From positions 2,474-66,473 of the forward strand of contig CAKSEC010000013.1 in NCBI GenBank assembly GCA_934446355.1: a stretch of 64,000 nucleotides of DNA. Direction: 5' to 3'. Shown here piece by piece: positions 1 through 8,904 of this stretch. Positions within the stretch are counted from its first letter, which is position 1; each line of letters starts with the position of its first letter. The position numbers and the translations under genes are program-made. The DNA is from an uncultured Oscillospiraceae bacterium (GTDB lineage Bacteria; Bacillota; Clostridia; Oscillospirales; Ruminococcaceae). The notes below the pieces were generated by a model. The model was given only the letters and a program-made list of their open reading frames with translations. It made no database searches and had not been told where the DNA came from.

Positions 1-735
1 ATCGTGTGGATAGCCATGAAAAAGCTCGACCTCGTTCCGCATACCAGTGCGTTTCTGGCGGGATATGTCCCGAAAATACTGCGCACCGGATTCAGCGTTT
101 TCATACTGGAATGCTCGTCGGGTATCGTTACGTTCGTGTTCATCATGCAGGCGAACAGCTTCTACGGCGCAGAGGGTGCTTCCGTTTACACGATAATCAT
201 GAACTGGACGCTCATCTGCTTCAACCTCATGATGGGTATTGCGCAGTCAGTTCAGCCGCTTATAAGCATAAGCCACGGTGCAGGAAATGCGGCGAAAGTG
301 CGCGCCTACCGCAAGTACGCAATAGTTTCCTCGCTGATCGCAGGGATCATTTTTATAGTCCTCGGATATTCGATAACAGAGCCGCTCATCTCGGTTTTCT
401 CCGATCAGGATATGGGGCTTGTTGCGCTCGCTTCAGACTGCTTCAGGCTGTATCTTCCGGCGTATTTCATCATGGGCATCGGAATTTCCATCGGTATCTA
501 TTTTCAGGCGATGGGAAAGGCGGCGAAGTCCCTTGTCGTTATGCTTGCAAGAGGAATTGTCCTGCCGGTGGCGTTCGCATTTCTGCTCCCGCTGATGTTT
601 GATAAGGCGGGACTGTGGATCGCCGTTCCTACCGCAGAATTTTGCGCTTCCGTGACCGCTGTGATATTACTGCTGAACGAAAGAAAGCACGTTCCCGAAG
701 CTATTCCCGCAGCCGCCGAAAAGCCGTCCGACCAC
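1..735 (+). CDS. MATE family efflux transporter, C-terminal half (5' end lies left of the window); runs without a stop into the next domain
   Basis: The frame is open to base 1. The sequence has multiple TM helices with MATE-like blocks (MGIAQSVQPLISISHGAG, FQAMGKAAKSL). No stop precedes the following kinase-like domain. Confidence 0.75.
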
Positions 736-1292
736 CTTGTCATCACGATAAGCCGTGAATTTGGAAGCGGCGGCCGTGAGATAGAAAAGCAGTCGCAGCA
801 ATTCTCGGTATCCCGTGCTACGACAAGGAAGTCCCTGAACTTGCGGCGGCAGAAAGCGGATTCTCAGACGACCGTGAGAACAGCGGTGCTTCCGGCGCAG
901 TGATAAACAACGTCCACACGGAAGTTTCTTCGCAGATATATCAGGAGCAGAGCCGTGTAATACGTTCGCTCGCAGACAAGGGAAGCTGCGTTATTATCGG
1001 GCGCTGCGCAGACCATGTGCTTTACGGCAGATGCAGGACGTTCAACGTATTCGTTCACGCACCTCTGAAAATGCGGGTAAAACGTGTCGTTGAGTACGAC
1101 AAATGCACTGAAAAGCAGGCAGTCGAGCACATTACGGCGAACGACCGCTCACGTGCGGATTATCACGACCTGTTCACCGGAGCAAAGTGGGGCGATACGC
1201 TGAACTATGACCTTACGCTGAACAGCCGCATGGGTACACAGCGTGCGGCAGAGGTGATATGCGCCTGCGCTGCAGGAACGGAGAAAGTTTGA
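733..1292 (+). pseudogene. cytidylate kinase-like (AAA) family domain, fused in frame to the MATE ORF and split by a 1-nt frameshift
   Basis: LVITISREFGSGGREI is in the frame of ORF 4..903. The continuation KAVAAILGIPCYDKEV...VIIGRCADHVL is in the frame of ORF 900..1292. The switch maps to the A-run at 785-788. Confidence 0.6.
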
Positions 1293-1578
1293 ATGATGGC
1301 GTGATTTTCGTGAGGGTTTGTTCAAGAAAATCTCAGCAGTATTTGAACAGAGAGCGAGTTTCTTTCAGAAGCTGCTGAGGTTATTCACACTTTGCTGAAA
1401 ACAAAGCCAAGCACATTCGTTATTATTTTCGCAAAAACCACTTAACAAAGCAGAAATATGTGATAAAATACTGATTGCGCTCGCAGGGGGAGTTGTTCAG
1501 AGAAACAACAACCGGACAAGAAACAGACTAAAATGCCTGTTTCTTATCCAGCGTTTTTTGTTTAAGGAGGAATGACGA

Positions 1579-1731
1579 ATGGATTTTATGAACGGGAAAA
1601 TAAAGCCTATCTATTTCAGATATCTTCAAGGCGTTCGGAATCAGAAGTCACTTTCTGTTCCAGTTTCTCATACTGCTTCCCTGCTGCTCCACAAAGCCAC
1701 GATGTCCATGTACGGGTATCTTGGCAAGGGA
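1579..1731 (+). pseudogene. orphan 5' head of a MATE-type transporter gene (only about 17 recognisable codons)
   Basis: AAGGAGG at 1564-1570 lies 8 nt before ATG 1579. MDFMNGKIKPIYFRYL resembles MATE N-termini, and the resemblance ends near 1640 where the reductase remnant on the other strand begins. Confidence 0.3.
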
Positions 1732-2055
1732 TGATTCTAATTCTGCAAATTCATTCCCGGAAAGCGACACATTCCATGCGCCCAGATTTTCCAAAATTCT
1801 TTCCTGATTCTTAGAACCGGGAATCGGTGCGACATTCGGGTACTTATGCAGCATCCAGCTAAGCGAGATCTGTGCTTTTGTCGCATTCTTACGCTGCGCA
1901 TATCGTTCCAGAAGATCAAGAACCGGCCGATTAGCTTCCATATTCTCTTTTTGAATCTGAGGAACATATTTTCTCACATCATCGCTGTGAGAAAAATCTG
2001 AGTCTGCCGTAACATTGCCTGACAGGATTGCGGCGTGCCTTGCTATAGCAGTCAT
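1648..2055 (-). pseudogene. aldo/keto reductase, C-terminal fragment of about 125 aa only
   Basis: ATKAQISLSWMLHKYPNVAPIPGSKNQERILENLGA is a typical AKR C-terminus. The N-terminal two thirds, including the catalytic tetrad region, are absent. The fragment overlaps the start of ORF 2015..2500. Confidence 0.6.
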
Positions 2056-2500
2056 AGGTGTAGCCGTATTCCGGCAGCAGCCGGTTCCTGTTGAGCCAGA
2101 TGAAAGCGGAGTTCTTGTTGGAAGCCCGTTCAGCGATGAAATGACTGCCGACGAACTGCAGCAGCAGCTTGGAATAGATTTTCACATTCCCGATAGCGCA
2201 GAAAACGTGGTATGCTACATCATGGACGGAAATATCGGAGATGTTCGCTTTGAACTTGACGACTGCTCCTATATATTCAGGTTTTCAGAGCAGAGCGGTG
2301 ATTTCTCCGGAATAAACGGCACGCCGCTTTCGAGCGAAAAGATAGACCCTTCAACAAATGCAGTGCTTGACACTATCGCAGACATAGAATACTCAATATA
2401 CAAAATAAGCTGGACGGACGGAAAACTAAACTATATCCTTTCAAGCAGCGGCGAAACCACCGCAGAATCGATCAAGGCAATTTACGAAGAAATCAAATAA
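2015..2500 (+). CDS. hypothetical protein (hydrophobic N-terminus, unknown function)
   Basis: A 161-aa ORF followed by a strong terminator. The N-terminus overlaps the reductase remnant, so the true start is uncertain. Confidence 0.5.
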   Translation: MPDRIAACLAIAVIGVAVFRQQPVPVEPDESGVLVGSPFSDEMTADELQQQLGIDFHIPDSAENVVCYIMDGNIGDVRFELDDCSYIFRFSEQSGDFSGINGTPLSSEKIDPSTNAVLDTIADIEYSIYKISWTDGKLNYILSSSGETTAESIKAIYEEIK

Positions 2501-2507
2501 TTTCCCT

Positions 2508-2556
2508 GTCGGGTAAATTTCAAAATTTTTTTGAAAATTACCCGACATTTTGTTTT
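2508..2556 (+). terminator. rho-independent terminator
   Basis: GTCGGGTAAATTTCAAAA / TTTTGAAAATTACCCGAC long hairpin followed by ATTTTGTTTT. Confidence 0.7.
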
Positions 2557-2629
2557 CCTCGGTCGTTATATGTACAGAAAGGCAAAAATACAAGCCTTCA
2601 AACAAATATATCGAAAGAGGTAAACAACT

Positions 2630-3370
2630 ATGAAAAAGTATCTTGTAATCGCACTCACCGCACTTATGGTAATGTCGCTCGCCGGCTGCTCCAACGCAGC
2701 AAACAGCAGTTCGGACAGTTCGTCCTCAAGCAGCACAGTAAATTCCGACGCAGCGTCTGATAAGACGTCCGACAATTCCGACAGCAATTCTGACGCCGTG
2801 AACAACGTATCTCCCGCAGATGTGGAAGCGGCAATAGCAAAGGCACTTGGCGACGGCTATCTCAGCACCGTGGACGCTCCTGAAGATGAACTGTTCTCAA
2901 CGGTCGTGTCAATGATTGACTTTTCGCAGATAGATGACTATGTTATCAAGCAGGCAAGAGTGAGCGCAGTCAACCCTGATTCTGTTGTCGTGCTGAAGTG
3001 CAAATCCGGCTATGCCGATACCGCAGTCAGCCTGATAAACGAAAGCTTCGCACAGGTTCTGAGTTACAGCAGACTGTATTCGTTCAGCGTCGCAAAGGTC
3101 GAGGGCGCAAGGCTGTATAAATTCGGTGATACTGTGATTTACATCATCGGCGGCGCTTCCGCGGACGATGATACTTCCGCAGAGGACGAAGCCAAGCTTG
3201 CGGCTTCCGAATACGAGAAGATAGACAACGCGATAAAGGAACTTTTCGGCACGCTTCCCGAGAACCTTGCAGTAATAACCGAGCCTGACGATTCCGACAA
3301 CGACGACGGCGGCTTCTTTAACATGACTGACGATTTCAGCCTTGAAGGCGATATCCTTATCGGAGGTTAA
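2630..3370 (+). CDS. lipoprotein, DUF4358-like (partner of the MBOAT/DHHW pair)
   Basis: Signal peptide with lipobox SLAGC and a Ser-rich linker. The gene sits immediately upstream of the MBOAT gene. The family name is recalled from memory and was not searched. Confidence 0.6.
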   Translation: MKKYLVIALTALMVMSLAGCSNAANSSSDSSSSSSTVNSDAASDKTSDNSDSNSDAVNNVSPADVEAAIAKALGDGYLSTVDAPEDELFSTVVSMIDFSQIDDYVIKQARVSAVNPDSVVVLKCKSGYADTAVSLINESFAQVLSYSRLYSFSVAKVEGARLYKFGDTVIYIIGGASADDDTSAEDEAKLAASEYEKIDNAIKELFGTLPENLAVITEPDDSDNDDGGFFNMTDDFSLEGDILIGG

Positions 3371-3375
3371 ATAAA

Positions 3376-4779
3376 ATGGTCTTTTCGAGCCTGTCGTTTC
3401 TGTTTCTGTTCCTGCCTGCGGTGCTGTTGGTGTATTTTATCGTGCCGAGTCAGGGAAAGAATACGGTGCTGTTTTTGTTCAGTCTGCTGTTCTACGCATG
3501 GGGCGAGCCGGTTTACGTGCTGCTGATGATATTCTCGACCGTGCTCGATTATACCTGCGGGCGGCTGGTTGAGAAATATCGTGGGACGAATAAGCAGAAG
3601 ATCGGGCTGATAATTTCCGTAGTCGTGAATCTCGGACTGCTGTGCTTCTTCAAGTATTCCGACTTCCTTATCGGGACGATAAACGGGATCTTCGGCTGCA
3701 GTATTCCCCTGCTGAACCTGCCGCTTCCTATCGGAATTTCATTCTACACATTCCAGACTATGAGCTACACGATCGACGTTTACCGTGGAGAAGCAAAGGT
3801 TCAGAAGAACATCATTTCGTTCGGCGCATACGTTGCGCTGTTCCCGCAGCTTATTGCGGGACCCATCGTGCGCTACCGTGATATTGCGGAGCAGCTTGAC
3901 AGCCGCACGCATTCCACCGATAATTTCGGCGAGGGCGTGAAGCGCTTCGTCACAGGGCTTGGCAAAAAAGTACTGCTGGCAAACAATATCGGTCTGCTGT
4001 GGGATACGATTTCCGGAACAAGCGCAGCTCAGCTTACCACAGTTGCCGCATGGCTCGGAATAATCGCATTCGCATTCCAGATATACTTCGATTTTTCGGG
4101 CTACAGCGATATGGCGATAGGTCTTGGAAAGATTTTCGGTTTTGATTTCTGCGAGAATTTCAACTACCCGTACATTTCAAAAAGCGTCACGGAATTCTGG
4201 CGCAGGTGGCATATTTCCCTCGGCACATGGTTCAGAGATTACATTTACATTCCGCTCGGCGGCAACCGCAGGGGGCTTCCGAAGCAGATACTGAATATTG
4301 CGGTAGTGTGGCTGCTGACCGGCTTCTGGCACGGCGCAAGCTGGAACTATGTGCTGTGGGGCGTGTTCTATGGAGTGCTTCTCGTCTGCGAAAAGCTGTT
4401 CCTGCTGAAATGGCTGGATAGAGTTCCAGCGTTTGTCGGGCATATCTACACTGGACTTGCGGTGCTTCTCGGCTGGATGCTGTTTGCATTCGAGAACATC
4501 GGCAGCGGTCTTGAATATCTGAAAGCTATGTTCGGCGGCGGTGCGGGATTTGTGAACGGAAATACCATGTATCAGCTTTTCAGCTATCTTCCGCTGATGA
4601 TCCTGTGTGCAGTGGCTTCAACGCCGCTTACAAAGCGGGTTTATGGGAAGCTATCCGCAAAGGCGAACGAGGGTGCGCTGCTTACCGCAGATATAGTTCG
4701 GGTCGCCGGAATATGTACGCTTTGCGTGGCGTTCCTGATAAGCGGTTCGTACAATCCGTTCCTGTATTTCAGATTCTGA
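3376..4779 (+). CDS. MBOAT family O-acyltransferase (AlgI/DltB-like)
   Basis: A 467-aa polytopic protein with MBOAT histidine blocks FWRRWHISL and GFWHGASWN. Confidence 0.9.
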   Translation: MVFSSLSFLFLFLPAVLLVYFIVPSQGKNTVLFLFSLLFYAWGEPVYVLLMIFSTVLDYTCGRLVEKYRGTNKQKIGLIISVVVNLGLLCFFKYSDFLIGTINGIFGCSIPLLNLPLPIGISFYTFQTMSYTIDVYRGEAKVQKNIISFGAYVALFPQLIAGPIVRYRDIAEQLDSRTHSTDNFGEGVKRFVTGLGKKVLLANNIGLLWDTISGTSAAQLTTVAAWLGIIAFAFQIYFDFSGYSDMAIGLGKIFGFDFCENFNYPYISKSVTEFWRRWHISLGTWFRDYIYIPLGGNRRGLPKQILNIAVVWLLTGFWHGASWNYVLWGVFYGVLLVCEKLFLLKWLDRVPAFVGHIYTGLAVLLGWMLFAFENIGSGLEYLKAMFGGGAGFVNGNTMYQLFSYLPLMILCAVASTPLTKRVYGKLSAKANEGALLTADIVRVAGICTLCVAFLISGSYNPFLYFRF

Positions 4780-4788
4780 GGAGGATAT

Positions 4789-5913
4789 ATGCGTAACAGA
4801 ATAATTACCCTGATTTTCTGCGTAATGCTGGCGGCTGGGATAATAACAAGCGTGCTGATTCCCGACAAATACTATTCAGAAACTGAGAAACGCACGCTGA
4901 AGCAGCTTCCGAGTATCTCTGCAGACGAGATATTCAGCGGAAATTTCGGTGACGATATTGAAGAATACCTTGCAGACCAGTTCCCCGGACGCAACGGCTG
5001 GGTGACCATAAAAACGCTAACCGACCGCATAAGCGGAAAAACCGAAAGCAACGGGGTGTACTTTGCGGCGGACGGCTACCTTATCGAAGCACACAAGAAT
5101 CTCCCCGCAAAGCAGGCAAAGAAGAACATTGCGGCGCTGAAAGCGCTTTCAGACAGCCTTTCAGCGCAGGGTATCACGATGAAAGTAATGCTTGTCCCGA
5201 CTGCAAGCGAGATTCTTTCGGACAAGCTGCCTTCATTTGCACCGAATGCAAATCAGCATTCCGTTATCGAATACGCGAAAAAACAGGGGCTTGACGTGGT
5301 CGATGTGACCGAAGCCCTGTCCGCACACCAAGATGAATATATCTTCTACAAAACCGACCACCACTGGACTTCGCTCGGCGCATACTACGCCTATGCGGAG
5401 TGGGCGCACTCTAATGGCGGAACTCCTGCACCGCTTTCCGACTGGACGAAGCGCGAACTTTGCGGCGATTTTCGGGGCACGACCTACTCAAAGGTGAATT
5501 ACCCATTTGCGCCGTATGACACTATCGAAGCATACTATAAGCAGGAAAGCCACACCGTGGACTACAACGGCGGCGATTACGTCACCGACAGCATTTACGA
5601 GGAAAAGTTCCTGAGCGGAAGCGACAAGTATGCTGTGTTCTTCAACTCGAACCAGTCCGCCACGAAAGTCACCGGAAACGGCGAGGGGAAGCTGCTTATC
5701 ATCAAGGATTCCTACGCAAATACTTTCGGGCAGTTCGTGGTAGACGACTATGCGGAAACTCACCTTATTGATATGCGCTTTTTCAAGGGGAAAGTCAGCG
5801 ATTATATTGAGGAAAACGGCATAACTGAGGTGCTGTTGCTGTACAATATTCCGAATTTCTGCGAGGATACTCATTTGTCAACTATAAGTGTTACGGCAAC
5901 ACCGCGCAATTAA
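4789..5913 (+). CDS. DHHW family protein (AlgX/AlgJ-like SGNH partner of MBOAT)
   Basis: N-terminal membrane anchor and the literal family motif YKTDHHWTSLGAYYAY. The gene is adjacent to the MBOAT gene. Confidence 0.85.
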   Translation: MRNRIITLIFCVMLAAGIITSVLIPDKYYSETEKRTLKQLPSISADEIFSGNFGDDIEEYLADQFPGRNGWVTIKTLTDRISGKTESNGVYFAADGYLIEAHKNLPAKQAKKNIAALKALSDSLSAQGITMKVMLVPTASEILSDKLPSFAPNANQHSVIEYAKKQGLDVVDVTEALSAHQDEYIFYKTDHHWTSLGAYYAYAEWAHSNGGTPAPLSDWTKRELCGDFRGTTYSKVNYPFAPYDTIEAYYKQESHTVDYNGGDYVTDSIYEEKFLSGSDKYAVFFNSNQSATKVTGNGEGKLLIIKDSYANTFGQFVVDDYAETHLIDMRFFKGKVSDYIEENGITEVLLLYNIPNFCEDTHLSTISVTATPRN

Positions 5914-5986
5914 CGGCTAAAGCCTTTGCTAAGCGACGCCTTCGGCTTACGCAGACGCTTGCTTCTTATCCGACATATTCTCAATG

Positions 5987-6015
5987 TTGACAGACGGGTG
6001 GAAAAGCTGTATAAT
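5987..6015 (+). promoter_or_regulatory. sigma-A type promoter
   Basis: TTGACA (5987-5992), 17-nt spacer, TATAAT (6010-6015), upstream of ORF 6056. Confidence 0.6.
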
Positions 6016-6055
6016 ATAAGCAAATCAAGTCTGCGAATTATTGATCGAATAAAAT

Positions 6056-7054
6056 ATGATGGCAGGTGAAGCAATGAAAAAAGCTATTCCGGTAATTATT
6101 GTTGCGGCTATAGCCGCAGCTGCAGCGGCGATCATTTTCGCTATGCAGATCCCGCAGAAAATCGCTTTCTCTGCCGAAGCCGCCAAGTGCGATTACTTCA
6201 GCGGGAACGATGTCAGGATCCCGCAGAAAATCGCTTTCTCTGCTGAAGCCGCCGCATATCTTTCCGAAAAATACGGCGTGAACGGGGATTGCGTCTACTC
6301 ACGCATGGGCTATACCGACTCGCACCGTGATATCCTCGGAAACGGCTATACGGCAGAGTACCCCGACTTTGCGGTTTTTGAGTCGGGAGGAAACAGCATA
6401 GCGGTTCAGCGTAAGGACGTAAGATTCTGCGACGATGGTCAGAATGCGGATTTCGGTTATATTCTGGCGGAGCATTTTGCAGAAAAATGCGGCGTTGATA
6501 TCACCTTTGCGGAGCTTCGCAACTGCTCTAACGGCAGTATACCGGACAGCACGATAACAAATGTTCTTCGCAGCGATAATTCACTGCTGAATAAGGATAA
6601 CATCGAGGATATCCTGCTTACCTTTGCGGATTCACAGCCGCTTCTGGAACTTGCGCTCTATATTCCTGACAAGTACCCCGACCGGCGCGAACTTACCGAC
6701 AAGCTGTCTGCGGGGCTTTTGGAGGTCACCAAAAACGAGGGATTTTCGCTGGTGCGGTATTTCCTTTATTCTGCCGATGAGGAACTTATCGTGAACAGTA
6801 CCCTTGGTGCTTCAAAAGATAAGGAAATAGACAGCCCTGAATACCGTGCACTGAATTTTCCTTATTACTATGCGGCAAATCCTTATCTTCACGGCGTTTT
6901 GAGAATCGAGGGAACCGTGTACTGCGATAAACCGGTGAATACTTTTACGGCGGCAGGCTGGTGCGTTATGGACAGAGGTTACAGCGCAGGTCTTGGAAGC
7001 AACCCCTATGAGGAATGGAACGGCTGGAATATTTATTCGCTCATGGCGGGGTAA
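6056..7054 (+). CDS. membrane-anchored hypothetical protein (alternative start ATG 6074, MKKAIPV)
   Basis: A 332-aa ORF with an N-terminal Ala-rich TM helix. It contains an in-frame internal duplication. Confidence 0.65.
   Translation: MMAGEAMKKAIPVIIVAAIAAAAAAIIFAMQIPQKIAFSAEAAKCDYFSGNDVRIPQKIAFSAEAAAYLSEKYGVNGDCVYSRMGYTDSHRDILGNGYTAEYPDFAVFESGGNSIAVQRKDVRFCDDGQNADFGYILAEHFAEKCGVDITFAELRNCSNGSIPDSTITNVLRSDNSLLNKDNIEDILLTFADSQPLLELALYIPDKYPDRRELTDKLSAGLLEVTKNEGFSLVRYFLYSADEELIVNSTLGASKDKEIDSPEYRALNFPYYYAANPYLHGVLRIEGTVYCDKPVNTFTAAGWCVMDRGYSAGLGSNPYEEWNGWNIYSLMAG
6149..6253 (+). repeat. 36-bp direct repeat (35/36 identical), copies 69 bp apart, in frame
   Basis: ATCCCGCAGAAAATCGCTTTCTCTGC(C/T)GAAGCCGCC occurs at 6149-6184 and 6218-6253. 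It duplicates the peptide IPQKIAFSAEAA. Confidence 0.9.
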
Positions 7055-7077
7055 TCGGCATTTCACGCTATCAAAAA

Positions 7078-7112
7078 AGCGGCACTTCAAATTTGTGCCG
7101 CTTTTCTTATTT
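7078..7112. terminator. bidirectional rho-independent terminator
   Basis: AGCGGCAC-N9-GTGCCGCT flanked by AAAAAA on the left and TTTCTTATTT on the right. Confidence 0.7.
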
Positions 7113-7205
7113 ACCAGCCCAACAGAGATCCACGCTGTCGGACCATTCGCCGTATATCTTCTCGCCGTTTACCTTGATGAATGGGCGAACTCTATGCTGA
7201 CGCCT
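7107..7205 (-). pseudogene. orphan 3' coding remnant (32 codons) of a cell-surface repeat protein
   Basis: The minus strand reads RRQHRVRPFIKVNGEKIYGEWSDSVDLCWAGK*, directly followed by the terminator. It is out of frame with the gene ending at 7207. Confidence 0.3.
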
Positions 7206-7206
7206 G

Positions 7207-8712
7207 TCAATTCACCATAATATCAAAAGTAGCATTATAAGCGAGGCTGTTTATGTCGATATAAACCGGCTTGCCATCTCCGGCTATCTGCACGAGCGCA
7301 GCGTTCTTCACATTGACAGGAACATCTGTTTCGTTGTCGAGCGTAACGGTATCCAGCAGCACGCCGTCCTTGCTGTAGAAGCTGAATGTCGACTTTCCCT
7401 CTGCGGACAGATTAGCGACGATGCCATTGCAGGAGTAGCCCTTGTATTTTTCTAAATAGGTCTGTGCGGTCGTATAGTCAACGACAATGCTGTTGTTGTA
7501 AGAAAAAAGCACGCCGGGATCAATAAACTTATATGAGCCAAAGAAAGCGATGGCATTCACACGCTTGAAGCCGCTGAGGTCAACGACCGATCTGTCATGA
7601 TTCTGGTCAAGCTTTTCAGGGTCGTTTACCCATTTAACGAACTGGTCGAAAACATCGCTTCCAAATTCATTCTTTAATATGGGTATCAATTCCTGCGAAT
7701 CTATGCCGTCAAGCCTATATCCATATGCAGTCTTAAACTCATCACGCTGAGCGATTCTCATAAAAGCGTCTGTGCCGTGCTGGTCGGTAAGGAACGACAC
7801 AAACCGCCAGCCGTAAAGATACGCTTCCCAGCCCTCCTGCGCAAACAGCGTTTCAGCGTTCTGCGAGGTTATCGCCGTACTGCTGGCGTAATTACTTGCA
7901 CTGTCAAAGTAGTACGGGAATATCCCGCTGTTCATTACCCTTTGAGCGAAGCAGGTCGCAAAGCCCTCGTTCATGACCTTAGTCATAGACGCACCGTTTC
8001 TGAGATGAATGGTGTGACAAAGTTCATGAGTGATTGCAAATCCCTGACCATCATGCGCCAGAAGATCTCCAGGCGATATCGTCGGGCCTGATTCTCCACT
8101 GTATGCGTCTGCAAATTCCGCTTCTGTATCGGTCTTTTTTACGGTTATAGTGACTTTGTCGGAATGAGAGCCGTTTATGAATTTAAGACCTGTTTCCTTT
8201 TCTATTGCGTCGAAAACACGGTTTACGTCGTCAACAATAGTGGACGGCACATATATGCCCTCCGGTATCAGCAGCTGGAATCTGTCAGCTGAAAGCGTTG
8301 TCGCTTTATCCGTTATGTAATATCCCATATCTTCACCCTTGTACAGACTGGGTTTTACGGTAACAGTGCAAGTGTATTTTTTACCGCTGTTTGTCGCCGT
8401 GATTTCAGCAGTGCCCTCTTTCAGCGCAGTGATCTCACCCGCCGAACTTACCTTTGCCACATCGCTGTTGCTGCTGGACCACGTGGTTTTTCCCGCAGCG
8501 TTTTTCAGCGTAAGGGTATAGGTCATGCCGGGGTAAAGCGTTCTCCTGCTGACGCTTAACTTGACCTCAGGCTTTTTCTTCACCGTGATTTTGCAGGTGT
8601 ATTTTTTGCCGTTGTATGTCGCTGTGATTACTGCAGTTCCGTATTTCAGGGCTGTTACCTTACCCTTTGAATTGACCTTTGCCACTGACGGTTTGCTGCT
8701 TTTCCACTGCAC
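7207..8712 (-). CDS. Big_2 (Ig-like) repeat protein with an HEXXH metallopeptidase-like domain; 5' end apparently missing
   Basis: Two Ig-like repeats (KVTALKYGTAVITATYNGKKYTCKITV and EITALKEGTAEITATNSGKKYTCTVTV) and AITHELCHTIHL. There is no signal peptide. The frame is open from 8784 with no ATG, and GTG at 8712 is the first start. Confidence 0.65.
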   Translation of the reverse strand: MQWKSSKPSVAKVNSKGKVTALKYGTAVITATYNGKKYTCKITVKKKPEVKLSVSRRTLYPGMTYTLTLKNAAGKTTWSSSNSDVAKVSSAGEITALKEGTAEITATNSGKKYTCTVTVKPSLYKGEDMGYYITDKATTLSADRFQLLIPEGIYVPSTIVDDVNRVFDAIEKETGLKFINGSHSDKVTITVKKTDTEAEFADAYSGESGPTISPGDLLAHDGQGFAITHELCHTIHLRNGASMTKVMNEGFATCFAQRVMNSGIFPYYFDSASNYASSTAITSQNAETLFAQEGWEAYLYGWRFVSFLTDQHGTDAFMRIAQRDEFKTAYGYRLDGIDSQELIPILKNEFGSDVFDQFVKWVNDPEKLDQNHDRSVVDLSGFKRVNAIAFFGSYKFIDPGVLFSYNNSIVVDYTTAQTYLEKYKGYSCNGIVANLSAEGKSTFSFYSKDGVLLDTVTLDNETDVPVNVKNAALVQIAGDGKPVYIDINSLAYNATFDIMVN

Positions 8713-8856
8713 CTTGCCGTCTGCGTTCTTGAGCTTCAGGGGATTGTCAATAGGGGTACTGCTATTACTCTTAAAACGTCCTGCTCATCAAATTGTTTCG
8801 CAAAAGTACAAACCTCCTGCTTTTCATAAGTTTTTACGTATTTTCAGCAAAAACTA

Positions 8857-8885
8857 TTGATTTTTCAGAGCTTTTTGGATATAAT
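8857..8885 (+). promoter_or_regulatory. sigma-A type promoter
   Basis: TTGATT (8857-8862), 17-nt spacer, TATAAT (8880-8885). AGGAGG lies 7 nt before ATG 8905. Confidence 0.55.
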
Positions 8886-8904
8886 AAGTACAGGAGGCGA
8901 TGAC

